From: Paragordius varius
Taxonomy: Eukaryota; Animalia; Nematomorpha
Direction of reading: 5' to 3'
Assembly (NCBI GenBank): GCA_964247055.1
Contig: OZ176052.1
Span: 5,766,001-5,830,000 of the forward strand
Length of the DNA stretch: 64,000 bases
The notes under the pieces were generated by a model that saw only the letters and a list, made by a program, of their open reading frames with translations, searched no databases and had not been told where the DNA came from. Every line of letters begins with the position of its first letter. The stretch's first letter is position 1. Made by a program: the position numbers and the translations under genes. Positions 13,501 to 27,745 of the stretch are shown piece by piece.

Positions 13501-16500
13501 TTTATAAAAAAATCAAATATGACCTGATTGTTGGTTAGATCGGATGATTGTAAAACGTTAGAATTAGTCATAATGTTTGGTGGATCAAGCGAGGTACTGT
13601 GTTTTAAACAAGAAAAATTATTAGATTAAAAGTCATTTTTGAATATATATAATGGGACGTTTATACTATAAACAATTTAATTAAATTTACTGGTTCATAT
13701 ATTATAGATAATATGCATAATTAAGCGATGATGAAATGTTTTGACTATCAAGAATACCAATAAAATTGCATCAATCAAATGCAATTTGTTTTAAGAAGTA
13801 TTTTAAAATATAAAAATAAATGCAGATTATTTCTCAAAATGAATTACATCAATAAATCATTCCCAACAAATTGAAATTTTTTTATAATAAATTAACGGTA
13901 ATAACGCTTATACCAATAAATGCGTTCGCTAGAAACATCACTCCAAAACACAGTCCGTGTTTGATAATCGAAATCAAGAGCCACAGAACTATGAAGGTCT
14001 CCAAGGAGCAATTTATACCTTGATTCATGACTGAGGGGGAGACGGTCTATAACACGGATATCTCTCCTATTAGCAAAAATTAGCATGCCCGGTTCCTCAG
14101 TCATGGGCTTACAAAATGTACTGTTGCTTGATTGAGGTGGATATAGTGTATAGTCTAAGAATAAAAATATTAAACCATAAAGTATAATATCTGAATTTGG
14201 GGAAACATAATGAGAACAATCGTTTATAATCCTTTGGCAAAAAAGAATAGAGTTAATAGCTCAACCATAAATTTTAAATTGTGATTCCGTCACGAAAATA
14301 ATCAATAGAATTTATAAATAAAGGTGAGACAATTTAAATACTGTCTTTAATTTATATATGACAATTTTGATTTTTTAGAGAAAATTTATATTAGCGTTAA
14401 TATTTCTTTGAATATCACCACTACCAAGCTTATGCAATAATAATCTCAATAATATGTAATAACGTAAAAAATTATATAAGATTTACTTAAACTTTTTTAG
14501 TTTTATTTCTATATAGTTTTTTAGTGTAAAAATTCTTACAAAAACACTACACAACCAGGTACATGAAATATCATTCTCAGTCGAATGTAAAAATATAAAA
14601 AAATAAATATATCTTTTAGTTGGTGTTAACATTTTATCATTAATTTTTGCTGTATAAATAAAACTCATTGATTTATTAATGTCCTACTTGCATGACATTG
14701 GCATTCAAATCCTCCAATCCGGTTAAGACAAATTTGACTACAGGCGCCTTGCATTTCGTTGCATTCATCAACATCTACACACTGTGTATCATTCGTCATA
14801 TGACTCAGCAGGCTGGCTTCCTGGCCATTAGCGGACCGAATTAAACGATAACCGGGCAAACAAGCACATCTGTACCCGCGTTTATGATCCACGCAGAGTT
14901 GGGAACAGCCCCCATTGTTAACATCGCATTCATTTACGCCTAATGATGTGTGTGGTTAAGAGTAAGGTTTAAAAGTATGTAATATATATGCGTTTCTTAT
15001 GGGGCAATAATACGTTGAAAGGTTTTTAAGTTTATAAGGAAAGTAGGGTTTTTGCCACTTATACAATATGAGATTGAGATTGCTTTAATAAGATTGTTTT
15101 TGCCAATTTATATTGAACGTTTTATACCTTAAAAAAGAAAGGTTTTTCTTAATTATCTTTAAAATATATGCTTAATCAAAAGTTAAATTTGTCAATAATC
15201 TTTTACTCTACACGAGTTAAACTGACTAAAAGTCACTATGCTATTATACAAAAAATTTTAATGACTGCAGAGTTTAAATTTAGTTTCATGCTTACACATA
15301 AGCAGTCATTCATATGACAAATGTAAAATATGTGTTGTAATAATTAAATTAAACCAGAAAAATGAAGTTAACCGTGTTCAATTTGGTTTAAACAATGTCA
15401 AAATATATTAATACCAATTGATGAAAAATTAATATTTATTTGAGCTTTTACAAATTTTTTTATTTGTATCAGGGGTGCCCAATACAAAAGACTTTATCAC
15501 ACATTAATAAATATTTAATTATATTTGATGACACAAAACTAATTTTAAAAAAATTACCAAAGAATTATAATTATTATTTATTTTACCATATGCTAGGTTG
15601 GATGCCAAAACTTTGGAGCGACTTATTCGGAAATTGTTTAAAAAATATAAATTTACCAAGATTCATATTATCAATAGCAATATTTGCTAATTAAGGAATA
15701 ACCTTTTTACTTGTAATTTCCAAATTTTTCGTGCGGCCCCACAAAGTTATTCGGAGGCCCGGCCGCATGTTGGACAACCCGAATTTATATCAGTTTTTAT
15801 ATGCCAAAAAACAATCATAGATGGTGTAGAGGAACTAAAAATTGATGTTAAAGACGCCTACAACCACAAAACTTGGACAAAGAAAAAAATATATTAAACA
15901 CTCGTTAAGTACCCTGATCAAGAATGATGATGAATAACGCCACAATATGTATAAAAGATTGATAATTGGTTCTATAAGCGGTCACATTTACGGTGATGTA
16001 CGCATATTTAACCGGTTAAGCTAAACCGTTGTGATATGATAGCAATAGCCTTGTCAATAATATACCATTTACAGTTCTAATTCACCCTTAAACAATTCAA
16101 ATTCACCCTAAAAATAAATTATGTGTTTTCGAACTAATATAACTCATTATTAATATGAAATACATCTTTATGACATAGTTTATTATTTTTTCAGTTTTAT
16201 TTTAATTTAAAAAATTTTTATTTAAATATAGGTAATTTTTAATCTTAAAAAACATATATATTTTATTTAAGGGTGAATCTGAATTGTCCAAGGGTGAATT
16301 TAAATTGTTCAAGGGTGAATATATTAAATTTTTGCTTTTATAGATGATTAAAAGCGTTAAAAAATACAGAGGTGTAACAATATTATATATATACCGCAAT
16401 TGCCTCGTTCCTCTTGCCACATCCCACAATCATTTTTCCCATCACAAACTTTTTCATAGGGCAAACATTTATCTCCACAATCAAATTCTAACAAAGAATC

Positions 16501-19497
16501 ATTACAGGTGCGTTTTTGTGTCCCTTTACAAATATGTAACATTATATGAGATTTTAAATATTTTAGGATATATATATTGAATATGCATGTAAATAATGAA
16601 ATGAATAAAAAATTAGTCTTAATATTTACCACAATTGGATTCGTCAGAATTATCACCACAATCATTTTTACCATCGCATTCCAAATAGCTCCAAATGCAT
16701 TTATTATTGCGACACTTGAAATGATATGATTCACACGTTACACTGCTGCCTAATATATAAAATTAGATAATTATTGGCTTTTGGGTATAAATTTTTATCA
16801 TATGTTCTGTTTTATAAAAAATTTATCATTAAATAAAAATGTTAGTCATCTAACAAATATAATGTTTTCCTACACCTCATCGGCAAAAATGTATTGCTTA
16901 ACATTTATAAATATATTTGCAGGGACAAAATATAGGGTGTTTAATTGGTTTTAGTTTTAATATCATATATGTAATTCAATTAAGTATCCGGGTGTTACCG
17001 AAATTCCACAATATAAAATAAATCAAAATGTTAGTTAAATAGTATTGACAAACAAAAAGGCCCAAAACTAGTCCGTGTAATATCAATTTACATAAAAAAA
17101 TACTTTATATAAATGTAATTATGCTTTTTTATGACACAGGGACAGAATAGATATTATTATAGGCAAATATTATTTGTCCAAAAGTAATTATGAAAAACGT
17201 GTATACAATTCTTTTCATCGGATCGATCTATGCAATCCATATCGCCGTCGCAGACCCAAGCCTTGAGTATACAATGACCATTGGAACATCGCCATTCATG
17301 ATCATTACACAGGTTTTGGGTGTAACGATACAACATTCTTGGAGGCGATACAACTATACTGCTTTCTCGAACCGATTTTGGACTCGAAAGCATTTGTCCG
17401 CTCCTGGTAACAGGAAAAAAACAAAAAATATGAATGATGAAACTTTAGAGACCATGAATGTTTAACCAAGTGTAGATTTACAATAAATTTTAATGAAACT
17501 AACACTACCGAAAATGATAATAAATTAGAGTTAATAAAATGAAAAAGTATGGGGGAATCATATTTAATGATTCTTATAGGTAAGTTTTGATGTATATAAG
17601 CAATAAAATATATATAAAGAAATGATTAGAAGAGAAAATGTAATATGTCGATGATAATGATTTTTAAAGGGTTACTCTTAATAAAAGACATGATAACTTA
17701 AATATCTGATTAACTTAAACAACGTATTTATTAAGGTAATTTAACTTTTGAAAAGTTCTCAATATGTTGCTAAACATTTATTCAATAATAAGTATTTCAA
17801 AATTAAGCTATATTCTATATTATTGTAAATTAAAAATTAATGATGGATATTCTTATCATTTTTATTACAACAGATAATCAAAATAATTTGAATTCAATTA
17901 TATAATTATTCTCAAAAAATATATAAACTTCAATTAGTATTTATGTCAAAACATAACATTTTTTGACGAATTAACAATTTAGACACACACACATTTTGCA
18001 AACACTTACCTAAGCGGTTTTGAAATAACTTCATTCTGTTTGTCCTTATATAAATTGGGACTATAAGGTGCAGAAAAAGTAGGGAGCAATGAAGCTTGGG
18101 GACAATTTATTTCATCAGAATTGTCATGACAATCGGGGTCACCATCACAACGCCATCTAAAAAATTTAGTAAAATAGATAAAAACATGCTTTTCTGGTTC
18201 TGGTTCCAAAAAAATGTATATTTTCAAACATACTAACCGTGAAATTCTAGTGTCAAAAAAACACATTATATATTTTTAATAAAATAAAACTTATTTATTT
18301 ATATATTTACAAAATATTTTACATAAAGTACCTATCAAAAAAGATAAAATATATTTAAATTGTTTCCAATCGTAGAATATGAAACAAAAAAATCTATAAA
18401 ATACTAATACATACTCTAATCAATATTATGAAAGAAAATTTTACAGCCATTTAAAACCGGGGTCGCGGTTATGAAAACGGATAATATCCGGTTGCGATCC
18501 CCGATCAAAATATTTTGAGCAAACATAAATCGGAAATTTATTTCTAAACCAAACCATATTTGCTTATGCAGGATATAATGTATAGCGATAAAAAGCAATT
18601 AAATTTTAAAAAGTGTAATAGGAAACGCGGCGAATTTTTCTATAATTTCAAAAAAGTGGAAGATGTTCCACGTAAAAAACCAAAAATTCGATAACATACA
18701 CACCATTTGCAAAAAATATTAATATGTTATTTATGAACTGTAATTTTAAGCTCGCCATACTTTTTGCCAATATAAAGCAAATTTAATGGTAAAAAAATAT
18801 AGAAAGAAATGCATGTATATAACCACACAAACAAAAGATAGGGAGGGCGTTTATATATTACGCAGCAGCGTATGGTATAAAATTTATCATATTCGTAAAA
18901 TGAAAAAATAATAATGTTGAATTATAGGAAAAACATGTTATATTATGGGTAAACTATGGTAAAAATATATTTACCTTAATGGGATACAATGGGTAATGTT
19001 ACATTTAAATTCCTTATCAGTACAAAAGTTCGGGCACCCAACTTCATCTGAACCATCTCGACAATCTTTTTGTCGGTCACAAACCCATTTAGATGATATG
19101 CAACTTTTATCATTGCACATAAATTCATTGGAACGGCAACTAAATTGTGGTTTTATTGTATATGTTGTGCTTACTAGCAAAGGTCGATTACTTGTTTTAC
19201 CTATGTCAAACGTAAATATTTTTAATATTTATTATATTTCAAAAATAAATAATTTTTTACTAGAGCAATTTTTTTCATCAGATTTATCGGGGCAATCAAA
19301 GACACCGTCACATTTTTTATTTAGCGCGACACAAAGAGCTTTGTTTGTCGCACATGCAAATTGCAAGGGATTACATTGCCCTCTACAAAAATTTTCATCT
19401 TCATCTGAATTGTCTCCACAATCATTAATGCCATCACATATACGAAATTGGTCAATGCATTTACTGTTAACGCATTGGAATTTTGGATATTTGCAAA
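7502..19497 (-). CDS. LDL-receptor family member of VLDLR/LRP8/lipophorin-receptor type; signal-peptide exon(s) not located
   Basis: 19 phase-consistent exons (5' to 3'): 19497-19261, 19200-18975, 18156-18010, 17403-17207, 16749-16630, 16523-16395, 14939-14688, 14154-13914, 13596-13524, 13105-12878, 12594-12458, 12149-12031, 11661-11522, 11152-10904, 10591-10466, 10172-9953, 9375-9206, 8712-8439, 8148-7502. They encode 7 LDLa repeats (e.g. [16 protein letters not shown]), EGF-A/B, a YWTD propeller (VFWSD, LYWTD, IYWTDW, LYWVD, MYWTDW), EGF-C, a stalk, a TM helix ([22 protein letters not shown]) and [16 protein letters not shown], the VLDLR/LpR tail signature. Confidence 0.93.
9428..9720. mobile_element. 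MITE family 2, complete copy in LDLR-family intron
   Basis: TA|TACCATTTACAATTCAAAT ... ATTTGAACTGTAAATGGTA|TA, TA target duplication. Confidence 0.85.
15470..15782. mobile_element. hAT-type MITE
   Basis: CAGGGGTGCCCAA ... GGCCCGGCCGCATGTTGGACAACCCG; flanks ATTTGTAT / ATTTATAT (7/8, probable 8-bp TSD). Related GGGCCGC/GGCCC-containing fragments occur near 35110-35398, 46250, 56795-56835 and 58795-58820. Confidence 0.6.
16063..16325. mobile_element. MITE family 2 copy (right end truncated)
   Basis: TA|TACCATTTACAGTTC start, same internal sequence as 9428-9720. Confidence 0.75.
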
Positions 19498-20265
19498 CTA
19501 AAATTATATCAATTAAAAATCAATAAACCTTCAATCAGATCCAACAAACAAATTAAAATAATAATGGTTAAGAATTGATACATGAATATGATTACAATAT
19601 ATGTGTATTATTTACATGTGTAGAAACTTATACTAAAAATAAGCTTTTTACGATAAAGACCATTCAAATAATGAGACAGTGCATATACATATTGAACTCA
19701 TTTGAATACTATAAAATAAGGCTTGCTGATAAAAATTAAAAAAAGGGCAGGTAGATATAATTCTAGTAATGTAAGATTTCTTTATATATTTTATCAATAC
19801 CGAATAAATATACAGTGATTATATTTATACACAATGCCGATTCGTATATATATATGATGGAAAAATGCGTGGTGATTCTCTTGATTTTTCAGCCTTACGA
19901 GATTTTAATCCAATTTTGTAGTTGGTCCATAAAATATCAAAAAATTCGCTTACATTTTAAAATATTTTTTATCAAATCTACAGAGTTCATGCCGATTTTT
20001 TATATTTTTTTAGCGCCCGAGATTTTGGACTTCTTGGGTGAGGGGCAATTTTTTGCCTTCATACGCGTATGATCTCATAATTTTGCGAAACATAGCCTCA
20101 AAAACATATTTTTTGAGCGGGTGTTTGGGTATATAGGCCCCAAGCACATCAAATTATAAATGAACAAAAAATATTTATTCAAATTATCTTAGCATAAAAA
20201 AACATGAGCATTTATTGGGTTAAACGTGCTAAAAAGCATTTTGATGTCGGGTATATAAACAACAA

Positions 20266-20426
20266 AAAGACATGCATAATTTGTATGGAGTAAATTTTGT
20301 CTTACACACATTTGTAAAGATGCAGTTGATTATTGTAATGAGTGTAATTTGTCCTTATGTATATATGGCTTACACACAATTGAATTGGAGCCGGCGAAGC
20401 CGTATTTGAAAAAGGGAAAATTGTGA
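20266..20426 (+). pseudogene. Possible decayed Cys-rich C-terminus of a DNA transposase (piggyBac CRD-like)
   Basis: Frames give KTCIICME* and HICKDAVDYCNECNLSLCIYGLHT, resembling CxxC...CxxC..LC..H, broken by a stop and a frameshift. Confidence 0.3.
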
Positions 20427-20439
20427 TCCATATATGTTG

Positions 20440-21290
20440 ATTATTTCGAAACATTATTTAATAGTTATGATCTCATAGGATTTTCAAAACTGTGCATTCA
20501 TACTGATATATTGTTTACTGGTGGGAAGGCCCCAAATTATGACTAAACTGGAATTATTATGGATATCAAATGTTCAAATTTTTGTTGCTTCAAAACTAAA
20601 AAATTGATCTATGGCGGCGCATTTTTTAAGTTAATGGCTTTTCAAAAAACCGCACGACCTAAATTTTTGCCTTATTACGGGTAATATTTTAAGCATCTAT
20701 TGATCTCATATGGCCTGATAGGTTTTCTGATATTTATCCCCAAAGGCAGGCTATTTCGATATGACGGGGCAGTTTAGCGGGTATCTGTTTACCCAGCTAA
20801 TATAAAAAAAACGCTCGGCTAAAGTTTTGCCTTTTAATAATGAATACCTTAAATCCTCATTAAATTTTTACGGTCTCATACCTTGGGCGAGAAATAGTTT
20901 CAAAAAATTATTTTTGTCGATTTATTTTTTTTGAAAAAAGTGGCATTTTACGGGGGGGATAGGGTAAAAAGAGGGCCTAAATTAAAAAAGCGAGCTGACT
21001 ATGTTCAGCGCATCGAAAATAAGTAAACAAAAATCATATTTGAAAATGAATGGTCCAACACGTTCTCCGGAAAATTGTCTCAAAGACACGATTTTTGTGG
21101 ACTTCTGTTTTCAAAAAACGTTTTTCACACGGGGTGGGCCAGAACTGGGGGCTTAATTCAAAAAAAGTGCGAAGTTATTGTCGGGCATTCATTAATGATT
21201 ATATATTTTCTATATTTGGATATGAATGAGTTTACCGGTTTTCCGGAAACAGATGACACAGCCAGTATTTTCCATTTTTATAAACACATA
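20440..21290 (-). mobile_element. Helitron-like non-autonomous element, copy A
   Basis: Reverse complement aligns with 40680-41330 and 42510-43030 (shared core GGCCCCCAGTTCGGGC(C/A)CCCCGTGTAAAAAA, TCGTGTCTTTGAGACAAT); minus-strand start A|TCTATGTGTTTATAAAAATGG resembles a Helitron 5' end. Boundaries approximate. Confidence 0.6.
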
Positions 21291-21331
21291 GATTAGGATA
21301 GGAAAATGTATCAGGATTTCCAGGGTTTGTG

Positions 21332-22343
21332 AACATAAGAAAATTGTTTATACTTTTATGGTAAAAGCTCCATATCAGAAAATGGCTGTGCACACATTTT
21401 AAATATAATTTGGTGAAGGCTAAATCTCATCCAAAAAAATATCACTAAAATATATTTTAAACTATCACTAAGGTGCAAAACAATATTAAAAAAAAAATTT
21501 TTAAATCAGGGCTCCAAAAGTCCCAAATATTTTCGCTTTTCTAAAATGGGCTAGTTATCTAATTCAAACCCAGAAATCCCGGGATTTCGCGCTAAAAATA
21601 TTAAATATTTGACAAATTATGATACAAACTAAAATTATTTTGTAAAAAGTGCATACTTTTTATAAAAAATTATATTTTTATTGAAGCGTACTTCATATAT
21701 GAGGCATGATTTAATACGCTATATAAAAGCCTTAAGATATTATAAAAAACCTTTTCTATATAAATCGAGGATGTTGAACATTTTTTCACCTCAGAATTTT
21801 TATTGAAATATTTGTTCGTCTTCAAATTTATGATAAATTTAAATCGTGTTTTTTTACAAAAATTTATGAAACTTTCAAATCAAAAGAACGTTTATATTAA
21901 ATGTCCAGCATCATTAAATTATATAGAAAAGGTTTTTTTATAATGTCTAAAAGCTTTTTTATCATTTCCATCATGCCTAAAAGCATAAAGTACGCTTCAA
22001 CAAAATTTTCCTTTAAATTAAATATTTGTAAGTAGGCATTTTCTAAAGGTATTTTTGTGATGTCAAAATATAGTAATTAAGATTTTAATCACGCAATTCC
22101 GGTATTTTTGCCTTTATTTTCTGAAAACTAGCCCATTTTAAAAGCGCCAAAAAGTTTGGGACTTTCAGAGCCCACTAGAAATTAATATTTTTAAATATTG
22201 TTTTATTTGGTAGTTTATGATATGTTTTAGTATTATTTTGGAATGAAGGTTTAGCTTTCACCAAAAAAAAATAAAAAAATGTGCGCAAGCCATTTTCTGA
22301 TATGACTTATACCACAAATGTAAAAATAATTTTCTTATATGTT
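21332..22343. mobile_element. ~1-kb foldback/MITE with long imperfect inverted arms
   Basis: AACATAAGAAAATT..CATATCAGAAAATGGCT..TTTGGTGAAGGCTAAA is mirrored by TTTAGCTTTCACCAAA..AGCCATTTTCTGATATGA..AATTTTCTTATATGTT; a partial relative lies at ~33500-34050. Confidence 0.75.
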
Positions 22344-22680
22344 AGTAAAAGCCAAACCAAAAGCAGCATAATAATCATGATGCTTCTATCAGAATATATG
22401 TATCTATATTTATACCCCCAATTTTGGCAGTGTTTTGGATCGTGGTGAAATCGTAGAAGAATAGCCTAAACAAAAACTTTTAGTTTTTTCCTGATAAAGA
22501 TTTATATAATTTGAAAAATTTTGTTTGTTTCAAGTTTTAATCAATTTAAAATGTGCAAATAATCAACCTTAATCCAGGCCATATGTTTAGAGTCATTAAA
22601 TTATATGGAGGAGGTGTTCTTTTACAATTTAAATTTGGGTATCTATGGACCCCAGAAACTATTAAAAACCCGTTACCTTT

Positions 22681-23137
22681 TGGGGTAGTTTATTATCCTA
22701 GAGTTGAAATTCCAATATTTAAAATGTATTTAAGATATTAAGCCGATATATGTTTTCTTTAGCCTTTTAGGCGCATTATACAAAAAAATATTTATTTAAA
22801 TTTTAAAATTGTATAAAAATCCTCGACGCCGTTTTTCTATAATTTTTTTCAATTCGCTATTGAAACAGGTAAACTGTATATTATTGTCAAAAAATGCAAA
22901 TGACTTTATAAATTCTTACATTTTCAAAAAATATATATATTATGATATTAATATCAGCTGTTCTCAATCGTGCTTTGGAGTTGTCCCAATTTTAGACTAT
23001 AGAAGTCATAAAACTGTAAAAAATAAGCTTTTTTATCTAATACATGAGAACAGTGTTTGATAAAAGTTTAATTTCATTAAAATAACTTTCAATTGTTTTA
23101 TTTACATAATTAAGTTCTGGGATATTAAACTACCCCA
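22681..23137. mobile_element. ~455-bp MITE (TGGGGTAGTTT termini); inverted sister copy at 23398-23850
   Basis: TGGGGTAGTTTATTATCC ... GGATATTAAACTACCCCA. The internal sequence recurs in inverted orientation at 23398-23850, which interrupts a piggyBac-like MITE ending at 24130. Confidence 0.65.
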
Positions 23138-25284
23138 AAAAGTAAACTAGCAGAAAAAGTGAAAAGGTAATGAAATGGTAAAAAAAATAGTGAAAGAAAC
23201 GGTTACAATTTATTTCCTATAAAAATATTAAGAAAAAATATCTAAATAAAATTAAAAAAAACCATTTACTTCGGCGCCTTTTTTATTTTACAATGTTTTG
23301 CAAAATATCCTGTTTATTTGATTTTAATGCTAAAATTGAAGCTGATTTTTCATTTAACACTTTATTACCTTTACTTATTTTGTCATAGTTTACATTATGG
23401 GGTGGTTTACATCCGAGAGCTCATATTTGTAACTAAACTATTTTGAAAGTTATTTAATTATAACCTAATTTTCAAACATTGTTTAGATAAAAAAACTTAT
23501 ATTTTATTACAGTTTTGTGACTTCTAGATTTTAAAATTGGGACACCTTTAAAACACGATTGAAACTAACAGCTAATATTATAATCAAAATATATCAAGTT
23601 TTGCAGGTAAAATGTAGCATGAAAGCTTTTTAAAGTTAAATATTTAAATTTTCTAATCATAATATACACTTATTTGCCTGTTATTTGCTATTCAAAAAAA
23701 TTTGTAGAATAATGGCGGCAAAAAAATTTGAAATGAGGACTTTTTACTTAGATTTTTTAAACATTTTTTTCCATAATACGGCTTAAAGGCTAAAGAAAGG
23801 TAATTTTTAAATTCGGCTAATCCAAATCGCTTTGTGATAATACTACCCCAAAGGTATTGTGTTAAATCAGATCAAACATTAATATAAATAGAAAAAATGG
23901 TTTATTTTTCATTATTTTATAATTAGCTAATGCACCCATGTCACGTTGAATAATTTTTTTATCTTAACTTTTATCCATAAAATAATTATTATCAAGTTTT
24001 TATAAATTCTTTTTTTATTTCGGTATACGAATGTTAAATAAGTGTAAACATTTGCAATGGCTTTCATTTGTTCCTTCGTTTCAAAAATATTCGAATCAAA
24101 GGACGGAATTGAATGTGTTGTATCCAAGTGTTAATGTGTCCTAAACAGGGGTGATTAACATAAATGCCTTCGTTGGCGGCATTTTTAAATAATCACAAAA
24201 TTCCGCGAGCCGCATTCGAAATATATATAGGCATTAATGAATAATTTATTGGATTTCAAGTTTAAGACTGCAAAAAGCAACAATATAGTATTTTTTGTAA
24301 TTCTTGTTAATTGGATAGACTTATTTAATTTATTATAAAATGACAATTTTGCTAAGATTTCGTAAAAACATTTTGCAAATTCTGAATTTCCAAATTTTTC
24401 GCGGGCTGCACAAAATTCAACATCACTGTTCTAAAGTATAGCGGTTTTTTATGCTTTGGAAATCGAATACGCTTCAATACAAGGTTGCCAAAAATTAGTT
24501 TTTTCACCAAGGTATGCATTTTTTCAAAAATAATTTTATTGTCATAATCTACCATGTTTTAACAAGAGTACATTTTAAAAGAGCGGTGTGTTCAGTAAAA
24601 AAATTTCATATGAAATATTTTGCTTTTTAAAAATTTATGGTGCATTTTTATGAAATTTTTCAGCATTAGCTTTTACCAAATAATTTTATTTTGTATATAA
24701 TGTGCGTATGCGATGTTTTGACATGAAGCAATCACGACATAAGTAGTTATAACTTTTTTGTATAACTTGTGAGGCGGACTAAAACCAAAAGCATTGAGGG
24801 AATCTTAATGTAAATCAGAAAATATATAATTAATATTATAAAAACATTGATAATTAAATTAGGATATTGGATTATCATCATAAAAGTTAAATCTCTCACG
24901 GTAATATTGAGAATAGGTATTATTATCTAGAGTTTTATCTATTTCATTACTTTTAGTTAATTTAAACATTTTACCTATGTAACCTAATCAAACATTCTTT
25001 GCTTTTCATTTAAATGACTGGGGCTTAGTAATCCTTTCCATAAACAGCGAATTCATGTTATTTTACAAAATTCAAAAGTTTATTTTTAGAAATAAACCCA
25101 ATAACATTCTATTTTTAAATATTACTTATTTATTTACAAGCTATAAATTACCATTTTCACCCAAATCAAGAAAACATGCAAACGTTTTACCTATAAATAA
25201 TTTATGTGAACCCACACAGTACCAAGTCATTATATTTGGGCAAATATTTTGGATATCGCTTCCATAATTTTACTTTTTTTTGAT

Positions 25285-26680
25285 ATGTTTAAACTAACCC
25301 GATTATCGACCAAAGAATGCTTGTTTTTTACTGAAAAGTTCCTAAGCTTTTATAAATTGACAACCCAAACACGATTCGGAAAATTTTTTCCCTATGCTAA
25401 TATAACATTGCTTATTATAGGCGTACTTGGAAACATCATATATTTTTTATGTGTCTCCAAACTTAATCGTCGATCTCATTTTTTTATATATATTTATAGT
25501 CTAGTTTTTTGGGATGTGTTGAGTCTATGTTTCCGAATATATTGGCCTATAATTGCTTACAGCCCCAAAATTCTAAGGCTGTCCTTTCCAGAGGCTTTTA
25601 TGATAAACAAATTTTGTTACTTTATAAACGAACTAACAAACGGGAACATCAATTTTATTACAGTTGCTATTGTGATTGATAGATTATTCGCTATTTATAA
25701 ACCTCATCTTTATCGAACTTATATAAATCGTAAAAGAGTTCTCATTATAGTGATATTACTTGCCTTATTCGGTGGCATTTTAGCCAGTCCCTTTCTCTTT
25801 AAAATCAATACTGTGGCAATGTGTGGCCCGAAAAATATAGATACAGGTAATCAGAGTTTCACGCCCGTGTGTAAAATTATAAGAATGCGATATGTATCAT
25901 CATATATGGATACTAACAATATAACTGAATATAGATCTTCTTACTGGCCAACCAAAACTTGGAATTCTTTTCTATGCCGTAAAAATGAAACGGTTTATTA
26001 TTCAGGTGTTTTGAGCCAAATTTGGACTTTACAGTTTAGCAACTTTTTTGTTATTATGGCATATTTAATACCCATCGTTTTGATTGTATTTGGAAACATA
26101 CAAGTTTACATACTTCTAAAGCGGAAGAAACGGTATTTTCTTTAAAATAATACACTTTTTTGCAAACATTTCCCCTATAAATGTAAATTTTTGTTTAAGA
26201 ACTTAATATGATATTGAAATATTATTTAGTGTTCATTCATCAATATCAAGCGATGAAAAGGGGTCAGACACCGTTAAAGATTCAACTTTGGTCAATGTCA
26301 TGTATATTAGTTTTCTTATCAATCGCTATTATAATTATAAAAAACAAAAAAAATTTGGTGATAAACGATCCCAATCAGCCGCTCTCAACTTAGTGTTTAG
26401 TAATACGGTTTTAAACAATAATATTTTTACACTCAAAAATTACAAGAGGAATCAAGAGTATTTTATGTTGATAAAAGCACAAAGCCTTGCCGTTCTGTTG
26501 TGCAATGGGCCATGGGTCATTTTTGCCCTTTGTCGTTCCTGGAATATAATTTTGAATGAAAGCTGGTCACACAAAGTAACTTGGATGGTATTATATCTTT
26601 TAAAACATTTGTATGCTATCGCAAGTGTCTACATTAATATTTTCTTGGATCCAGACGTACGAAAAGTCTTGAAACATTAA
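25285..26680 (+). CDS. Orphan class A (rhodopsin-like, peptide-receptor-like) GPCR, copy 1, 432 aa
   Basis: Exons 25285-26132 and 26230-26680 (97-nt phase-2 GT-AG intron) form an intact frame with 7 hydrophobic helices: TM1 GN, TM2 D, TM3 C..DRL, TM5 LIP, TM6 CNGP, TM7 INIFLDP. Confidence 0.88.
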
Positions 26681-27745
26681 TGTATGCAATTTATAGCCGT
26701 ATATTTAGCTTTTATATTATTTCTGTAGTTTTTTGTACACTTGAAAAATAAATATACTTGTAAAGGTATTCTTATGGGGTGTTATCATATTTTATATTGA
26801 CAGTAAAACGAAAACCATAAAATTTGATACATACAGTCTTAAATTGGTAGGGAAAAAATTTGTTTTGACACAAACACAAGTATGATTTTCCGTTTTTTGC
26901 TTAATTACACAGTAAATAAAATTCGGATGCAAAAAAATATCCTGATTAAATATTATTCTGATATAAGAATGTGATTTGGAATCATTAAAAAATTATTTTC
27001 TGAATAGGTGAAAATTACTCCATAGACAAAAAATGACATCATGCTAAATGATATTTGGTATGGGTCAGTCATTCCAAAAAATATAAAAATATATATATAC
27101 TATATTTAAAAAAAAACAAAATGTATAAATTGAATTTTGAATATTTTTTTGTAGGGTCCGAAAGCTCCAAATTTTTGGACCACATCAAAATGGGCTAATC
27201 TTTTAAAATAAACGGGGAAATTGATAGCGGGAATCGTAGCTTATGATATCACAATAAGCTATTTTTGAAAAAGTGAAATAATCTGCTTATTTAAATTTTG
27301 TGGAAGTCTTATTTTTAAGTGTTATTAAGCATGGAAACGGTATTAAAATACTTTAATATACAGTATGCATTTTAATGTATGTTCAGTAATTTTATTGTCA
27401 GTCCAATAACATAAATGGTTTATCCAAAGCGTAAAATACTGACCCACGAAATTATTTCGTAGTACACATATGAAAGAGGATTGACGTGAGAATTAACATA
27501 GGCTTTGATTTGATGGATATTTTGTAATGTTAATTCTTGAGAATATTATAGCAATTTATGTTAACATAAATTAATAAATAGTAAAATACGTATTTTAAGA
27601 TTTTTTATGTAATTATTCCTAAATTTAATAATAAATATTTTTCAGCATGCTAAATAGCTGTATTAATCAATATTGGTATATAATTTTTATAGTTGTTATT
27701 ACTAATTAAAAAAACACAGGTAAATATATATTTGAGAAAATTTAA

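Noticed and set aside
18996-19526. 176-aa plus-strand ORF
   Set aside because: It is antisense to two LDLa-coding exons and their 60-nt intron, with no independent protein features.
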